From assembly GCA_900617105.1 (NCBI GenBank), contig UYFQ01000444.1:1-64000 (forward strand): 64,000 bases of DNA, in the 5' to 3' direction. The stretch's first letter is position 1. Every line of letters begins with the position of its first letter. Both the position numbers and the translations under genes were made by a program. Source of the stretch: Hydrurus foetidus (lineage: Eukaryota). The notes below the pieces were generated by a model. The model was not told the origin of the DNA, did not search any database, and saw only the letters and a list, made by a program, of their open reading frames with translations. Below are positions 42,601-56,061 of this stretch, piece after piece.

Positions 42601-45600
42601 CTTGCTGCTATGAACTACGCCACACCGCACTGTACTGTACTGTTACTCATCTTGCTGCTATGAACTACGCCACACCGCACTGTACTGTACTGTTACTCAT
42701 CTTGCTGCTATGAACTACGCCACACCGCACTGTACTGTACTGTTACTCATCTTGCTGCTATGAACTACGCCACACCGCACTGTACTGTACTGTTACTCAT
42801 CTTGCTGCTATGAACTACGCCACACCGCACTGTACTGTACTGTTACTCATCTTGCTGCTATGAACTACGCCACACCGCACTGTACTGTACTGTTACTCAT
42901 CTTGCTGATATGAACTACGCCACACCGCACTGTACTGTACTGTTACTCATCTTGCTGCTATGAACTACGCCACACCGCACTGTACTGTACTGTTACTCAT
43001 CTTGCTGCTATGAACTACGCCACACCGCACTGTACTGTACTGTTACTCATCTTGCTGCTATGAACTACGCCACACCGCACTGTACTGTACTGTCACTCAT
43101 CTTGCTGATATGAACTACGCCACACCGCACTGTACTGTACTGTTACTCATCTTGCTGATATGAACTACGCCACACCGCACTGTACTGTACTGTTACTCAT
43201 CTTGCTGCTATGAACTACGCCACACCGCACTGTACTGTACTGTTACTCATCTTGCTGCTATGAACTACGCCACACCGCACTGTACTGTACTGTCACTCAT
43301 CTTGCTGCTATGAACTACGCCACACCGCACTGTACTGTACTGTTACTCATCTTGCTGCTATGAACTACGCCACACCGCACTGTACTGTACTGTTACTCAT
43401 CTTGCTGCTTTGAACTACGCCACACCGCACTGTACTGTACTGTCACTCATCTTGCTGATATGAACTACGCCACACCGCACTGTACTGTACTGTCACTCAT
43501 CTTGCTGATATGAACTACGCCACACCGCACTGTACTGTACTGTTACTCATCTTGCTGATATGAACTACGCCACACCGCACTGTACTGTACTGTTACTCAT
43601 CTTGCTGCTATGAACTACGCCACACCGCACTGTACTGTACTGTTACTCATCTTGCTGCTATGAACTACGCCACACCGCACTGTACTGTACTGTTACTCAT
43701 CTTGCTGCTACGAACTACGCCACACCGCACTCTACTGCACTATGTTACATCGCACTCTACTGCACTACACAACGTACTTCACTTCCCTTTACTTTACCTC
43801 ACTCCCCTTCCCTCTCATCATCACATAGGGTATCGACTCCGAGCCCTACCTGATCGAAGACATCATGCTCTCCCTACAACAGAGCGAACCACTCCTCATC
43901 AAAATCAGCAACTACAAAATAGACGGCACGAAATTTCAATGCCTCCTAGCACTCCAACCGATATTCGGATGGCAACACGAGTACAAATATCAAATAGGCA
44001 TTCAAATAGAATTTGATGCAGATTCAGATATGCAGGAGAAATTATTACAATTAGATATTGTCTTGTATAATATACCACGGTCGTTAAGTGGGGAGGATAT
44101 GTTTGACATACGCCGTATCATTCCGACTGATGTTATGGGGGATAGTACTGTACAACCGTCCGTTACACTTCCACCACAAATCGAAAAAAAGAAATTCAAT
44201 ACTGCTCAATTCGATGGAAATAAATCGTTTAAGTTGAAGAGTGAGAAAGATGATGAGAACGATGATAATGTAAACCAGAGTACAGGCAGTTTTAATAGTA
44301 ACGATAGTCGTGATGGAATTGAGAATGAGAACGAAAGAATAAACGATAAGAATAACGATAGTAATAAAAAAAGAGATAATAAAACTGAAAATGAAAATAA
44401 TCACAGTGGAGGTTACTGTGATGGCGCTGAAGATCTGAATAAACTAAACATTTTAAGCGGTGAAATAAATAGAGAAGAGTGTAAAGACGAAAGTGAAAAT
44501 ACCCGTGAGCAAGATAGCGCAACGTCTCTAGCGGAGAATGATTTGAATAGCACTCTCATGCACAGGGTAGTGAACAAGGTAATGCACAGTGGAGATACTG
44601 TAGGTGCAGTGGGAGGCGAAGATGGAGATGATTATTGTCTTGGAGTTGACAGTATGGATTACCATAGGAACGGTGAATTGAAATCTCAGCATATGAGTAG
44701 ACTGATGAGTAGATTGATGGATAGTGTGTCTGACCGGGGAATAGAAAACGCAGTAGAAAGAGGTAGAGATAGAGGAGGAAGCATGGCGAGTATTAGTAGT
44801 GCATCAGGCAGGAGTAGAGTGGGAAGTGATACTTACAGTAACAGAATGGACATATACGGAGGCTCACACGGATTAAATGGACTGACATCTAATGACGAGA
44901 GTTTCGCTTCTTTCAATCCGCCCACACCACCTAAACAGGTCGAATGCAATTACTACCCTACAAACGCAGCATTTACAAAAATTATGTGGTTACAAAATCC
45001 AATATCTACTTTGCGAAGCATATTGTCGAATATAGAGTGGAGAAAATATTTTGTGAAATTCGTTGAGGATTTCGGAAGCTTATTAATTGCCACATGTCTA
45101 GATTATTTATTGCAGTCGATGGAAATTGAAAACACGGTACACGGAGTAAAACAAATAAAAATGTTACGTAATTTTTGTATGAAAAATAAAAGAAATGGGA
45201 TGTTTTATTTTTCAGCTGATATGAATTACGGTGAATTCAAAAGTACAGATTGGTTTGCCATTTTACGAGAAATGAATTTACGAAAAAACGAAACTGAAGC
45301 TATTCTCGTATCTGATTGTTTTTTACGGTTTTTAGACCATCCCCTTTCTATTGAGCTTATTGGAGCTATACATGCAGGTACGCACACATACGTACTAACT
45401 TGATCTTACGGGAATGGGAGACAATTTTTTTGAAAGTTGTGACTATTATGACACTTATTATTGTTGTAATTATATATAAAACCGGTTATCAAAAACAATT
45501 GTCACGACGCGACAGGCTTCATACAAGCAACTGAAATTATTATTTATATTAGATTTCGTAAATTTAATAATTTTGAGAAACAATGAAACTCTCCCACACA

Positions 45601-46707
45601 CTGCCATTTATTTATCTTATATCGCATCAAATATATCTACAGGTGAATTACAGGGAGACGTACGTACTTGCCGTACAGCAGCCATTGGAATTTTAAATAA
45701 ACTAAATCCATTTAGAAATTTCGATTCCAGCAGCTGCAACTCCATAGCTCCTAGACCCTCTTCCATTCAAAATCTATCTGACAGTAACGGAGAAAACGAA
45801 GAGGATACCCAAGAAAGTAAACGAAAAAGAAGTACAATGTATGGTAATTACGGTGCCAGTGAAAGAAGAATTGGCGATATTGGTTACAATCTAGACGAAA
45901 AGGAAATAGTTGATTACAATACTTATTCTGGCGAACATGCAGAGGAGGTTTTGAAAGGCGGTCATATTCCGTTTGATTTTGAGAAAAAAAATAACAATGA
46001 TCATGTTGGTGTTATGAAAGATGATGACTGTGATAAAAGTGATAAAACAACTGATAATGAAATTCAGTCAGAATGTGATAAAAATCAGGACATGAAAATA
46101 TGGACGAATATGAAAAGTGATGGTAATGTAATTACAAATGGAGAAAAAAATATAACTAACAATAACAATAAAAATATGGTAGGAAAAGAAGATGAAATGA
46201 AAGACAAAGAAAGCATGAATAATCATGATATGACACAGAAACCTCTCATACCTTTAGCGTCTCCTGTAGTTAGAGGATTAGGTCAACAGAGAAAACAATT
46301 TTCCATTTCCCAGTGCAATCTTAGTAGTGGTGAAATGATGACACCTGATATCTATTATCTGGAAATGTACAAGACAATGAGTGACTCTGTCAGAGTTGGT
46401 ACGTACGTGTCTTATTTTATCTTTTCTTACCGTATATTTGAGTTTACCATTTCCTGTCCCTTTTGTTGTTTAGTATCGCATTGTATGTGTTGTGTTGTGT
46501 TGTGTTGTGTTGTGTTGTGTTGTGTTGTGTTGTGTTGTGCTGTGTTGTGTTGTGTTGAGTTGTGATGTGATGTGTTGTGCTGTGCTGTGTTGAGTTGTGT
46601 TGTGTTGTGTTGTGTTGTGTTGTGTTGTGTTGTGTAGTACTCGATTTGCTTTTTTTCATTTTTTCTGACTTATTGTTTTGTTTTGTCTGTCTCTTCCATG
46701 TTCCATC

Positions 46708-46794
<87 letters not shown>

Positions 46795-47281
46795 TATATA
46801 TATTTTCCTGTCTGTAATATTATTTTCCACTTTTCTATTCTATCCTATCCCATCCTATCCAATCTTATCCCATCTTATCCTATTCTATCCTATACTATCC
46901 TATAAACTCTCTTATACCCCAATCCAACCTATCTCATAATTACTCTGTTCTGCACTTCTTCTTTCAAAGTTGTTTGCCTGATTCTATTCAATTTATGCCG
47001 CCAGTTCTATACATGGCTGTGCCCTCCCTGCCCCTCTTCCTTTTTCCTTTCTTTCTATCTTTCTCACTCTTTTCTATCTCCTTTTCGTTTTTGCTCCACT
47101 ATCCTTTCTTTTCCTTTTCCTTTTTCTTTCTTTCCTTTATTTTACCTTTATTTTTTCGTGTCCATTTGTGTTCAGATCGACAGATTCTCCGACCTCACTG
47201 ATACCGACCAAAATTTATTGTCCACACCTGATACTGATACCTGCAGGACTTAGTTATCGATGATCGTCTTTCTTCCCGTAT

Positions 47282-47328
<47 letters not shown>

Positions 47329-47333
47329 TTCAT

Positions 47334-47393
<60 letters not shown>

Positions 47394-49353
47394 TTATTTA
47401 TTTATTTACCTATTTATTTACCTATGTATTTACCTATTTATTTACCTATTTATTTGTCTATTTATTTACCTATTTATTTATTTGTCTATTTATTTTTTGT
47501 TTATTTATTTATTTTTTTGTTTGTTTGTTTGTTAGTTCGCTTGTTTGTTTATTTGTTTATTTGTGTTTGTTTGTCTGTTTGTTTGTTTATTTGTGTTTGT
47601 TAGTTAGTTTGTTTATTTGTTTGTTTGTTTGTTTTTTTTGTTTGTTTGTTTATTTTTTCATTTATTTTTTTATTTATTACAAATGCTTACTCTCTATACC
47701 CTCGTTAGCTTAAATTCATTTTATTATTAACTTCAATATCTTTAGAGCGAACGTACACAGCCGTACCTCGCAGAAGAAGTGAGGGAAGCACTCGACCAAA
47801 ATAAATCGACAGTCGTAAAATTGTACCAAAAGAGAGCAGACGGCTCAGATTTTCCATGTCTACTTGCCCTTCATCCAATAGTGCATTTGACAGAAAAATC
47901 CGCATCAAGCGTTGATTTAACATGTTTAGACGCGTACGTACGTGTGACCGAAAGTATGACAGAAAAAGCTTTCACGAGAAGTCATCTGCAGTATAAATTT
48001 CAAATTTGGTTTTTTTTAGACTGTAGTAAATCAGCCGATATTCACATTGCAGAATTAGCGGAAACGGCCAGGATCCTCCGGCTTCTCCCTCAATCCATGC
48101 TGTACCAAATGCTGCCAGGCACGACAGAAGCAGTTGCGTTGTTGGAAAATTTATGTAATGTGAAATCTTTTTCGAGAAGTTTTTTCACGGAAATTTCGAC
48201 CGGTCAAGATTTGGATAGTCACATGGCGGCAATTAAAGGTACGACATTCTACTTTTTTAGCACCATATTGACAACAAAATTCACTGATTTAGAGCTCATG
48301 TAACGCTTTGTTCACGGATATTATCAAATATTTTCTTGTGCAATCTATTTTGTCGTATCATTATTTACTCTATATCTTTCCACATCGTTTAGTATTTTTT
48401 TTTTGTCCTACAATACGTACTACCCACCTAACTCCTCTTATCTTATCTTATCTTATCTTGTTTTGACTGATGCGTTGTATGTAGTTCAATGCAAATAAGA
48501 AAACACTACGCAGTGTGACGTACTGCACTGGCATTGTCCACTCTATGACTCAATACTGCGTGACGTAATCCTCTCCTCTCCTCTTCGAACAAGAACATCA
48601 TACATCATATTTAAAATATAGTCTAATCGCCCCCCTCCCCACTCCCACCACGCACACACATTCATCTTAACACCATCAGCTGCCCTTGCAGCCATAGCTC
48701 CGCTAGCCCCCAACACTGCGCAGAACACCCTGCCAAATACACCGGGTCCACCGGAATCCCTCTCCCCAAAAGAGCCGTCAATTCCGTTGTTCTCTAAACC
48801 GCATACATCGCTAGACCAGGACTCTTGTACCAATAGTCGAGAAGAATGCCCAACACCTGAAGAAAATCTGCGCACCATCCCACTGCCATCTCAACTCACC
48901 CCAGCTGCACACAACCGTGTTTCTATGTCTGAAAAATTAGTTGAGAAATCGGTTGAGAAATCGGTTGAGAAAACACTTAGTATGTCCCCAGAAGCGATGA
49001 TACTCAAGAATGGATTGCACGCAATTGGAGAGCGCTCATTAGACGAGGCACCACCTAAGTCTCTATCTCCTGCTGCCAACAGTGAATTGTCTCTATGTGG
49101 GTGTGAGCTGGCTGTACTGGGCATGCCTCCGTTACACCCCCCTCAACACCCGGCACACCCCGTACACCCGGCCACTCAGCACTCCCAGCGACCTACACAC
49201 CACACCGCACTCAACCCCTCCCCCATCAACTGCACCGCACACACACAAAGCGATGAAGATTCTGTGCCACGGCACCGGTCCAAAAGCGTTTCGCCAAGTA
49301 GACCTGAAGGAGCCCCTCCTAGTCGCATGTCTCCGCGCAAACTGGGAAAATAG
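36628..49353 (+). CDS. Helmchrome-like RGS/LOV protein (RGS-LOV-RGS-LOV-RGS-degenerate PAS)
   Basis: Three RGS-like repeats (AFLKFLKAEY...FPRFLNS; FTKIMW...LPRFLNS; FTKIMW...FLRFLD). LOV motifs GRNCRFLQG (from 38898) and GTNCKFLQ/G (41869-41892, resuming 43829). Half of a third PAS domain at ~47746-48100. Confidence 0.85.
42120..43740. repeat. 50-bp minisatellite, ~32 copies, intronic
   Basis: Unit TGAACTACGCCACACCGCACTGTACTGTACTGTTACTCATCTTGCTGCTA repeated head to tail with no spacers. Confidence 0.97.
46485..46800. repeat. (TGTGT)n followed by (TTTA)n microsatellites
   Basis: Direct read. Confidence 0.93.
47279..47680. repeat. (TTTA)n grading into (TTTG)n microsatellite
   Basis: Direct read. 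Confidence 0.93.
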
Positions 49354-50636
49354 AAAATGAAAAATTATAATGAGGAATGAAAGAGAAAAAAAGAAAAAAA
49401 CGAAGGATGAAAACGAAGGATGAAAACGAAGGATGAAAATGAAGGATGAAAATGAAAATAGGAGCTCTTATACATTTTGTATCGAGTGAATAAAAAGTAT
49501 CAAGAATAATGTGAATCAAATCTTCTAATCTCCAACGCACCCAAACACAGTACATCACGTACATGCGCAACAACACACGCACACACAGCACGCACGCACG
49601 CAATCTGAAATTGAGGATATAACCTCTTTCACGAATTCATTTCGTACTTCATTTCAATATTTTAAAAAATATAGTGCACGCACACATCTGTGAATCACCG
49701 ACTAAATTTTGCTCATGAAGAACAGTAGCAGTAAATTTTTCTTTTGACGGAAATAAAGAGCCTGCGTCTCTGGAAGAAATTAGCAGCTGTTGGTATAGTA
49801 TGATAAGACATAATTTCATTTTAAGTATATTTCATAAAATTTCCGTTATTCATTTCCCGTCAATTATTGATTTCATTTAAGATTTTGTTCACTTGTTAAG
49901 AAGCCTAATGGGATGCTTTTTAAAGTTCCTCATATTAGTAAAATATAATCATATTTCTACAGAAAAGTTTTTTTTTGTGTTCTAGTATTAATGAAAGAAG
50001 CTGATCAATAAAATCACGAATAACAATAGTAGACAAGGAAATTCTTTGATGTGAATCGAAAACAAATTTGAAAGTAAAATACCATTGCCGATCCAATTTT
50101 TGAGAGAGGGAGAGGCGGGGAGGGATTTGAGTGTTTACACGTTTGTCATTCGCAACGTAGAGAGCCTTTGTTGTCTAAAAGTAGCTATATGTTTATTTTA
50201 AGATCATATACACTCGGAGCACAGTAGCAAAAATAATTGAGAAGCGAATATCGATAAATCAAGAAACGATTCAGGCTCATATGCATTGTTCTGTTATTCA
50301 GTTGATTACAGTACGTAATGATTCTAAAATCATTCCCTTCCACATGGATTTATTATCTGTCATCTGTCACAGCGTAACACTCAATCAATCTCCGTGTGTG
50401 GGTAAAATATAGTGTTCTCCCTATAGGGAAACATTTTACATCTTCCTGGAATGTTTCTGTCACCGAAATTTCTTGAGATCGCTGGCCTCTTTCTTGCAGC
50501 ATGGGTTGTGCATTATGCAGTTTCAACCTTCGCTACCGTTGACCAACCTCCAAATGCAGAACTGGTTCTCAACCTCTAGCAACTGCTGCAATTTCTTTTC
50601 TCTATAGTATCCTCCTTTTTTCCTCCATCGTAAGTC

Positions 50637-51176
50637 ATGAATCACCAGCAGAATCAGGCACATGCTGAAGCAGTCTATGCTGTACCATCAGCACCAGACT
50701 CAAATGAAGCGATGCTAGCTATGGTGGCACAAATGAGAAACGAGGCGGCCGCTGACAGACAAGCGGCTGCCGCCGATCTTCAGAAAGCAGCCGATGAGCG
50801 TCGACTTCACGAGCAGAACCAGCAGCGGAACATGCAGTATGCCCCTGTGCAGCAACAGCAGCCAATGCCTTACGGTCAACCGCAATACCAGCAGCCAATG
50901 GGACAAGGCACAACGACAATAATTCAAGTACCTGGTGGTGGCATCGATCACTGTCAACATTTTGTGTGCTGTTTATTCCTTGGCGGGTAAGATGAATATG
51001 CCCTGAATATTCATCCAACAGTGCTTCTCATCCTCATCCTTATCCTCATCTTTTTCACTTGTTTCCACGACAGATTTTGGACGCCATTTTGGGTCTTGGC
51101 ATGTATCATACCTGGCTTTTGCCCAACTCCGTGCAGTTGCAATCAGCAGCAGAAAACAGTCATAATCACGAAGTAA
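50637..51176 (+). CDS. Small Gln/Pro-rich protein with Cys-rich hydrophobic C-terminus (CYSTM-like architecture), paralog 1
   Basis: Two exons; spliced C-terminus DHCQHFVCCLFLGG/FWTPFWVLACIIPGFCPTPCSC...IITK*; conserved in the second copy. Confidence 0.75.
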
Positions 51177-52327
51177 CCCTCAACCACTTTATATTTCAAG
51201 TTGAAATCGCACGGAAGTTTCCATAAGGAAATTCCTGCTCTTTTTTTGATTGCGACGATTACTGAGCAGTTTTGTTCTACTTTACTTGCTGAAAATGTCA
51301 TATGTTTGTATTCCTCTCATATCCTGTATAATTTCGCGTATCCAGCATACGGCCGTCCTCACCTTCACAACTTCAGAATGAAAATGAGATTCACTTTTTT
51401 GTCTCTTATATGTCACGCGTTCTCCACACTATCTGTGTAGCTCTGTTGACAGCTACGCAGTATGAGTACTATAACTCTGTCCCAGTTGTCTCTTTTTCCT
51501 ACTGATTAATCCCGTCAAATCAAAGCGATTATTCTAATCCTGTGTAGATATGCAGCGAGTCATTTTGATTATGACGCTAATAACCGTGTTTTTTAGAACT
51601 GTTCAAATAATCAGCTGCGTCATGCTTAGAGAGTGTTTCAATTTTTACCGTTTAACGGAACAGAACAGCAATTTAGCCGTAAGATGTATTTACGCAGCAT
51701 TACACGATGATCTTTTGAAGAAGGAGAAATATTGGCTCTCAGGTTATGCAGACAGATTCCTTGAGCAGAATTCACCCTGAAAAAGCATGATTATCAACAG
51801 CATGATTATCCTGGAAAAGAATACTTGCTAGAATTTACCGGATAGAAGCAGTGCGGTAATAAAACGAGACTGTTGAGAAGTGAGATAAAATAATTAATGC
51901 AGTCGTAACAGTATACTTAATTGCACTTAAAAAGTGAGAGGTCTGAGGTGTACTTTCAACCAGTTAATCAGACTCGTTTTTCGATGTACGACATTACAAA
52001 AATGTCAGCAAATGCGCAGCATCGTAAAATTTCTGAGAGTAATAGAACAAAAGCATGTTTGAGCACTCACCATTTCTACCTTGTATTCATGTACGGCCTA
52101 GGCTACTGGCACCCAGAGGGATAAAAATCAGTGACACTAAGATTGCTTATCGTCCAGTCCCCTACCCTATTAGTGATTGAAAAAAGAAAAAAGTGTATTC
52201 ATCATCAGCAAAGTTTTATGCGTTAGACTGCCTAATTAGTTTTTGCATAAAAATTCTGGTGATCGAAATATTTCGATCGCGAGAAGTCGAAGATGAATTT
52301 TCAAAACCTTGCAGAAAGAAATCCGAA

Positions 52328-52553
52328 TATTACCAAAGCAGAATAAAATAATACTATTTTCCAAAAAAACTCAGATGGAGTGGTGGTGAAACCGATCACC
52401 CCACACGGCCCCACACCATACTAAAAATACAAAAACCGAGGAACGTTCACCATTTTTTGCTTTTTTGTTTTTTAGTATGGTGCCCCTTGGTGTATCACTC
52501 CATTTGAGATTTTCTGGGAGAAACTAGTTTCATTTTATTCTGCTTTGGTAATA
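52328..52553. mobile_element. Foldback MITE, copy 2 of the 8211-8455 family
   Basis: Same palindromic sequence and TA flanks. Confidence 0.85.
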
Positions 52554-53401
52554 TCAAAGAAAAATCTGCATGTTTTAAAAAAGAAGAGAACTACTAGAGC
52601 GTGTATTAAAATTTGAGAAAACATATGATGTACCGCAATTTTTGGCGACTACTCAAGAAATGGCTGAATAATAGCAATTTTTTACGTTTTTAGAAAATAG
52701 TTTCATCAATAATAGGGGACTCGACGGTATCATTGACCGAACAGTTTCTGCCTGTTCGAAGCTCAAAAGAACGGAAATTTTCTTCCTGGTGGAGTGGCGT
52801 TAAATCCTTTTGAATAAAAATCCAAATTCTACAGCTAGAAATCCAGAAACTCTCACATATCATTTTTAGAAGATCTGTACAGTCGCTAGTATCGATTTGC
52901 AACTTTAAGGATTTGCGCTATGTAGTAAACATATCAACTGTGAGTATTTTGCTCAACTGATATTAGCGCAAGACCTTACCAAAGATATGCTAGGTGCGGA
53001 AGAAGATTTTAGAGTGCGTTCGGTAATTTTAAATTTTACTTCATTACCCCAGTTTTACTGGATTCCGACCATACAGTGATTGACCGGTTGATCCCGTCCA
53101 GAGATACCATCTGTGACTCGGACATTTTACCGTAAAGTATTCTGTTCCGGTAATACATACCGGAAAAGAACGACGAGCAACCCGCAACTCTCAGGCTAGT
53201 CCTTATGACGCCCGTGTTTTACATTTTTTTGATCCTTTTTTTGTATCTGTCGCAAATGAAGTGGCCTTATGACGCAAAAAATCGTCAAAAATAAAAATGT
53301 AAACGACACATTCTTCAGAACGCCACAGAAAATGTGCACTTTTTTTGCGTAGGTAATTGATAAGTGACGCTCATTAACACATTTCTGAAGGCACCTCAAT
53401 C

Positions 53402-54395
53402 ATGCCACCAAGCTCAGAGGAACTCGCGGATATCAAGTCTAAGCAGTATGTGCTCATCACGCGTGCTGGCTTATCGATTCCGTCGAGTGAAATGGACTCT
53501 AAAACTATATTTGCGAAGATGCTTGAACAATTTGACTACCATGTGAAGAGAGTCAAGCTGCCCCAAGGGTTAGCGAAGAATACTTACTACAGGACATCTC
53601 GACATCTGGATGAGACTGTGACGGAGAAGGAAATTCATGATGGGCAGTCACTATGGAGAAAATTTAGCGCCATCAAAAAATTCGTCAACAATCAAATCAC
53701 CCCCCACTACGTGAAGCTCTTAGGACCAGATGGCCTACCTCCATCTGGAATGAACAAAGAAACCATCCTCCTGAAGACAAAGGAAGCTTTGTATAAGGCT
53801 GAACAACTGGCTGCCAAAAATCGATCAAAACATCCTCCCTCCTTTAAAATGAAATCATTTAAACCATCCTATCAACCCTGTGAATGGGAAACCTTCCTTG
53901 CCTTTGGTCGAGCATCTGAGAAGCCCGAGAAGGCCTTCTTCATAGAGTAAGTTGCTTTAACATACAGCATGAATCAAGCTCTTACTAATCATCTGAATCT
54001 TCTATCAATGTAGGAAATCATCTGTTCCGTCCGACATGACATCATCTTCCACCATTCGACCAAATAAAACCGAGGCTCGAAAACTACAACGTGAGAAGAA
54101 GAGGACAGCTCATCTCGAAAACATTAATAAAGACCTAAACTTACCATCTGAGAGCAAGATATCTGAGCGCAAGGATAGACGAGTCCAGAAGAACAATGTT
54201 CTTGGATTCCAATACTCCATGGCTTTGAAGACACGTGAGAAGGTGAGGACATTCATTGTCAGAGATGAAGTTAATTTGAACCTTACGAATTTCTTTACTG
54301 TATTCACTTCACAGAGAATTAACGAACTCCAACTCTATCCAACGATTCTGCACAGCAGCAGTTCCAATCAGTGTGAAGTCAGTTATAGGAGTTAG
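53402..54395 (+). CDS. Harbinger accessory (putative Myb/SANT-like DNA-binding) protein, spliced; 3' end uncertain
   Basis: Lies inside the element; basic, with GQSLWRKFSAIKKFV; introns at ~53947-54013 and ~54243-54315. Confidence 0.55.
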
Positions 54396-55640
54396 ATTAC
54401 GGACTCTACTAAGATGTTGTCTAAAAATTAGCATATCTTCATGAGAATGATGCCCATCGTTGCTTAGGTAATTAACATTTTGTTCCCATCGAACATCTAA
54501 TCCGTCAAAATGTAATAACATGTTATGCATAATACAGCAAGAATAAAACATGTTATCAATATGATCTTTATTGTGATAATATATGGGTAATTTTAAGCAG
54601 CGAAATCTACCTTTCAACACACCAAATGCACACTCAACATCTTTCCTCACAGTCTCTGCCCATTCACTCCATAGTGTTTCTCTAGGTATTGCTGAATGTT
54701 TTAATGGACACTGCATGCATCTCCATTTATGGTAACCATTATCGCACAATAACCATGCCCCCTTTTCTTCATACTCTTCACCTTTAATATCGCACATTGG
54801 GAAAGTAACGTCATGGTATTTTATTCCATCATGAATGTCCGTAACAAACCCATCAAATCTTACGATAGTTCTATCACTCCTTGTCCCAGGATATCCATGA
54901 GTAACCGCAATGATCTTAGAAGTGTGATCAACGGTAACTTCATAAGAGAGTGTGGGAAAACCTTCTTTCCCCTTATGAAGAACACGATCTCCAGAAGAAC
55001 AACGCTCCCATCTTATATGCACACAGTCAGTACTCCCTATGCAACCAGGCAACCCTAACCTTGTGTACACATCGAGAGTCTTCTGAATTTCTTCTTCAGA
55101 TTCGGGGGGATTACAGTACGTAGCAAAGTACTTCTTTGAAAATAATTCACACCACTTATGAAAGAAGACGCGATTAATCTCTGCACTTATGTAAGACAGC
55201 TCCTCGATACCATCAAAACAGTAACCTCGACCAAGGACCCGTAATAATCCAAGAACTTTTAGCTCCAAAGGTGCTGCCTTCACACCAGCACAGTCATTAC
55301 CCTCGCTAAACCATTTATTAGCTCTTGTCATCTCTGTCAATCTTTCGAATAGCGGAAAAGGTACTCGAAATCGCCTGCGAAATAACACACCGCCCTTGCG
55401 ATCAGTAGGATCTTTCGTTCTGGGATTGACCAACATTCGGCCCCAACAAGACATATCATAAGGTGGACGACCTTCCCATTTACGATGCCTATAGAAAGCT
55501 GGTTGCTTTAATCTTTCTTCCTCCTCTTCTTCGACAACTTTGCGCAATTTTTTTCTTCTCTCGTAGTACTCATTAGATTCCTTGATAAGTTTCGTCAAGT
55601 CAACGCTCTCATCATCAGAAGACATGTTCAAGTTTACCAA
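54309..55640 (-). CDS. PIF/Harbinger DDE transposase
   Basis: FRRRFRV, GCIGSTDCVH, GTRSD, LCDNGY, RKDVECAFGVLKGRF and CCIMHNM motifs. Confidence 0.93.
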   Translation of the reverse strand: MVNLNMSSDDESVDLTKLIKESNEYYERRKKLRKVVEEEEEERLKQPAFYRHRKWEGRPPYDMSCWGRMLVNPRTKDPTDRKGGVLFRRRFRVPFPLFERLTEMTRANKWFSEGNDCAGVKAAPLELKVLGLLRVLGRGYCFDGIEELSYISAEINRVFFHKWCELFSKKYFATYCNPPESEEEIQKTLDVYTRLGLPGCIGSTDCVHIRWERCSSGDRVLHKGKEGFPTLSYEVTVDHTSKIIAVTHGYPGTRSDRTIVRFDGFVTDIHDGIKYHDVTFPMCDIKGEEYEEKGAWLLCDNGYHKWRCMQCPLKHSAIPRETLWSEWAETVRKDVECAFGVLKGRFRCLKLPIYYHNKDHIDNMFYSCCIMHNMLLHFDGLDVRWEQNVNYLSNDGHHSHEDMLIFRQHLSRVRNLTPITDFTLIGTAAVQNRWIELEFVNSL

Positions 55641-56061
55641 TTTCTTATCTTAATTGATGATATGAATGTGAGGTTGATCAAAGAACTGATAGTTTGATGG
55701 TTCTAAAGGAAACAAGAAATGTTTTCTGTACTCATCGCAAGGGGAGTCGCCGGTGTCGACTACAGAAAATTAAAATAAAATCTGTAAACGTCATAAGGGT
55801 AGTACCAATATGTCGCCAAAAATTTGTAATCGAACTACAGAAAAAGGAAAACGTAAAAAATGTTTTGTAAGCGTCATAAGGAGATTCGGATTTGGGATTG
55901 CCTTCCTCTTTCTCTGTTTCTCAGTAGGAACTTTCGCCAACATCGTTCACAGTTCATAATTCATAAGTGCAGGACTCGTACCCAGCCACTTGTGACTTGT
56001 AACTGCCGTAGTTTGTTCTTCCGGTAGTATCTATCCTGTAGGTTACCCTCAATCAGTAGTC

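Larger units (their letters stand above)
53194..55890. mobile_element. PIF/Harbinger-type DNA transposon with two convergent genes; ends approximate
   Basis: Transposase plus accessory ORF. CCTTATGACG at 53201 and 53265 is mirrored by CGTCATAAGG at 55789 and 55872. Confidence 0.8.

Noticed and set aside
42120..43740. CRISPR-like regular array
   Set aside because: Head-to-tail 50-bp units with no unique spacers, no cas genes, and located in a eukaryotic intron.
46444..47713. LFIY and CCVVL repeat ORFs
   Set aside because: Translations of intronic (TTTA)n and (TGTGT)n repeats.
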